Positions 61,398 through 64,000 of a DNA stretch of 64,000 nt are shown here, one piece after another. This DNA comes from Trichosphaerium sp. ATCC 40318. Taxonomy: Eukaryota; Protista; Tubulinea. The stretch spans positions 248,001-312,000 of the forward strand of contig JALMLS010000564.1 of the NCBI GenBank assembly GCA_038496445.1, written 5' to 3'. Under the pieces are notes generated by a model. That model saw nothing but the letters and a program-made list of their open reading frames with translations. It had not been told where the DNA came from and made no database searches. Position numbers and translations under genes: made by a program. Positions within the stretch are counted from its first letter, which is position 1, and each line of letters begins with the position of its first letter.

Positions 61398-62831
61398 ATG
61401 GGCAACGCTATACCGAACGACATGGAACTAACATGGAACGACAACAAAATTGACAATGCGCCAAATGCGCGGGAAGGACACGTTTGCGTTGCAGTGGGTG
61501 ACAAGATTGTAGTCGTGGGCGGCTCAGTAATGGGCACTAACCCTGAAGAAGAACCAACACAATTAAATGATCTCCATGTATTTGACACGACGACCAAGAC
61601 TTGGTCTAGGCCAACAACTACAGGTCCTAGTATCACTGAGTGCACTGGCGCGACTGGTACAGCAATTGGCAACAAACTCGTTATGTTCGGTGGCATGAGC
61701 CTAGAAAAAGGCTGGTTAAATGATATATGCATATTTGACACTGGTACGCAGTACTTTTAGTTTCAAAGTTGGTTCTCACTTCGCACAAGAAACACTTGCA
61801 TGGTCTATACCAACTACTAAAGGAACGCCACCAAGTTACAGGGATAAAGCAACAAGCTTTACAATGAACAACAAGTTTTTCGTTTTTGGCGGTTTTGGCC
61901 CAGTTGTGCCTGCTGTACGCCAAAAAGAAACCATATAAACATGTACCAATGTATTCTTTTTAGGGAGCTCCATCACCTACTATTTTACAAGCAGGTGGCT
62001 GTGATTTTAACTGGAACAATGATTTGTATTGCTATGATATTGGTACAGTATTCAAATAACAAGTCATGGAATTAACGGTTTTTTGTTGTGTAGAGACTTC
62101 CACTTGGGCTACTATAACTACTGCAGGCACTCCCCCTACTAGACGGTGTGCGTGCGTATCTTCAGTTATTGGAAATAAAGTGTACATGTTCGGAGGACGT
62201 GACTTACAACAACGTGTAAATGACGTACATTGCTTGACGTTCGCGGAAGGTGCCCTTTAAAATATTTCTATTTTACTTCTTCTCACCTCTGTTATCTAGG
62301 CTCTCAACCTACATGGGTACCTGTTAAACCTAAAGGTGTAGCCCCACTTCAACGTAGTTTTCATACTGCTGTAACGATAGGTAATGCCAGACAATAATTT
62401 TTTAAAGCTGAACATTTTAGGTACAAAATTCTTGGTTATTGGTGGACTTTCTCGGATGAATGAGCATTTCGGAGATGTCCACATCTTCGACTCAGTAACC
62501 GAAGCATGGCTTAGTCCGAAATGCGAGACACATCTACAAAAAAGAGGTAAGTGTACTGGATCATTGCTTCAAGTTGAATGCAAGCTAATAATTTGTTTAA
62601 AAAGGCTTTCATGGTTCATGCGTTGTTGGATCCACACTCTACGTATTTGGCGGTTCTAGTGGCTTTGACCCACAGCGTGGTGCACCAGCAATGTATCTAA
62701 ATGATTTGCAGAGTGCTGATCTTACCGCTATCGCTGCTGCCAAGGTAACCATTCCAGAAGAACCAAAACCAGATGCAGCTGAAGAAGTAAAAGCTACAGA
62801 CGCTACTGAAGAGCAAGCGATGGAAGAGTAA
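61398..62831 (+). CDS. Kelch-repeat beta-propeller protein (RABEPK/KLHDC-like)
   Basis: Repeats of P..R.GH.....G.K..VFGG......NDL..FD..T..W across about 6 exons. Confidence 0.9.
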
Positions 62832-62945
62832 CGTCGAAAGTGGTAGATTGTCAATTTGGTTTGTATTTGTACAGTTTTAATGTGTTTACGTAACGCTACG
62901 CATACTGGTGTTGTTTTATGGCGTCTAGTCTGTTTTTCGTGTCAT

Positions 62946-63341
62946 TTAGCACACAAAATTTCTGGCATCTCTGATTGTTTTTGGTGGGCGGACAAAAAAT
63001 ATAGGCGGTCCTGTTCTGAGGTCTGGGTGGATGGAATGTTGTAATTGTGATAAGTCGTATTTCAAATCGCGTTTCTTTGCAGAATATAGCCTCTTATTCA
63101 GCCACGTAACTGCCTTGAATGATGGAGCTTTCTTATCAAGAGATTGTAAAGCAACAACTTTGAAAGGGCCTTTTTTAGGATTTGCGCGCTTAGTAACTCT
63201 CGAGGAGAGTTTTTTAGTGTCCTTGTTTAGTTTGGCGTTCGCTTTGCGTTGTTTACGCACTATTTCTCGTTTTTTATTCTGTGCATCCTCCTCGGCGACT
63301 GCACCGAGAAGACTCGCGTCTAAATTGGCAAGAGCGTCCAT
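62946..63341 (-). CDS. Small basic hypothetical protein
   Basis: 131-aa ATG-initiated, K/R-rich ORF convergent with the kelch gene. No family recognised. Confidence 0.55.
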   Translation of the reverse strand: MDALANLDASLLGAVAEEDAQNKKREIVRKQRKANAKLNKDTKKLSSRVTKRANPKKGPFKVVALQSLDKKAPSFKAVTWLNKRLYSAKKRDLKYDLSQLQHSIHPDLRTGPPIFFVRPPKTIRDARNFVC

Positions 63342-63753
63342 TAAGTTTGTAATTCCAACCTTTGCAGGTCAAAGCATGTAAAACATTTCAAATTTCTCTC
63401 AGAAAAAATTGTAGTAAGTTTGTAGCGTGAGATCTTTGATTCAAAAATGTCTTGTGTAATGTTACAAGTCTGACTGTAAGTATCACGTTCGGGGTACAGA
63501 TGTGACAATCACTGATCAGAATTTCAACCGAAAATTAAGCTGGTACTATTGTTCCAATACAACTTGATCACGTGTCTCATATAAAAAGACAATATACAAT
63601 GCAAACTACAAAAACTGCATACACTTTTTGTGGTGCATAACTTGCAAATTTCTAGCGCGTAGAAATGAGAGTTGGCATTATGTGAAAATTAGCAAAAATG
63701 GCATTTTTTCTCCCTTCAAGATACACAAAACAAACGTAGCATTCGTCGATCGC

Positions 63754-64000
63754 ATGACAAGCGAAGTAGTTCAAAAGGCTACAGCCTTATTGACGTTAAG
63801 AGATACATTGGGTAATAGTTTTGTACGTAGCGTCCTCTTATGTTTAAAAAGGTGCATTCTATGAGCCTCAAAAGGCTGCGTTGTTACAAACAGCCCTTTC
63901 GAAACCAATAAAAGAAGTTAAACCGTTGGCCAGCGAACTGGTCTCTATTGGGTTCACTACTGCCACAGAGTTGGCCTCGTACAAAGTTTTTGGTGTGTTG
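63754..64000 (+). CDS. 5' end of a hypothetical gene running off the window
   Basis: MTSEVVQKATALLTLRDTLGNSF, followed by a GT-AG intron (about 63823-63851) and further sequence. Confidence 0.35.

Noticed and set aside
1-64000. Alternative genetic code or selenocysteine readthrough
   Set aside because: TAA, TAG and TGA all act as terminators. In-frame stops in the ORF track are explained by introns or single indels.

Overview
Gene-dense, AT-rich eukaryotic nuclear DNA with many short spliceosomal introns (about 35-100 nt; GTACGT/GTAAGT/GTATGT donors, CTAAC-like branch points close to the AG). It is most likely from an amoeboid protist (Amoebozoa-like; this is inference). About 30 protein genes could be rebuilt by hand-splicing. 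Housekeeping genes: DEPDC5/Iml1, SHQ1, sialate O-acetylesterase, S28 prolyl carboxypeptidase, an AlkB-type oxygenase, a CDF zinc exporter, and GNAT, kelch and MORN proteins. Unusual items: (1) an intron-rich gene joining about 5 helical repeats, a PD-(D/E)XK/DUF559-like nuclease and a minimal ATP-dependent DNA ligase; (2) an intronless WW-like + phage tail-collar gene; (3) a tandem pair of GPI-anchored, Frizzled-CRD-like surface proteins with near-identical introns but patchy exon divergence; (4) a divergent histone H3 with an extended tail, plus a deleted pseudocopy; (5) a full-length p101/p84 (class IB PI3K regulatory subunit)-like gene; (6) a Topo IB N-terminal-domain-only gene; (7) intronless BTB and F-box/LRR genes of giant-virus-like architecture. 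No tRNA, rRNA, CRISPR array or transposase was recognised. Several single-base frameshifts in short homopolymers suggest assembly indels. Family calls come from motif recognition, not database searches, and gene ends from manual splicing are approximate.
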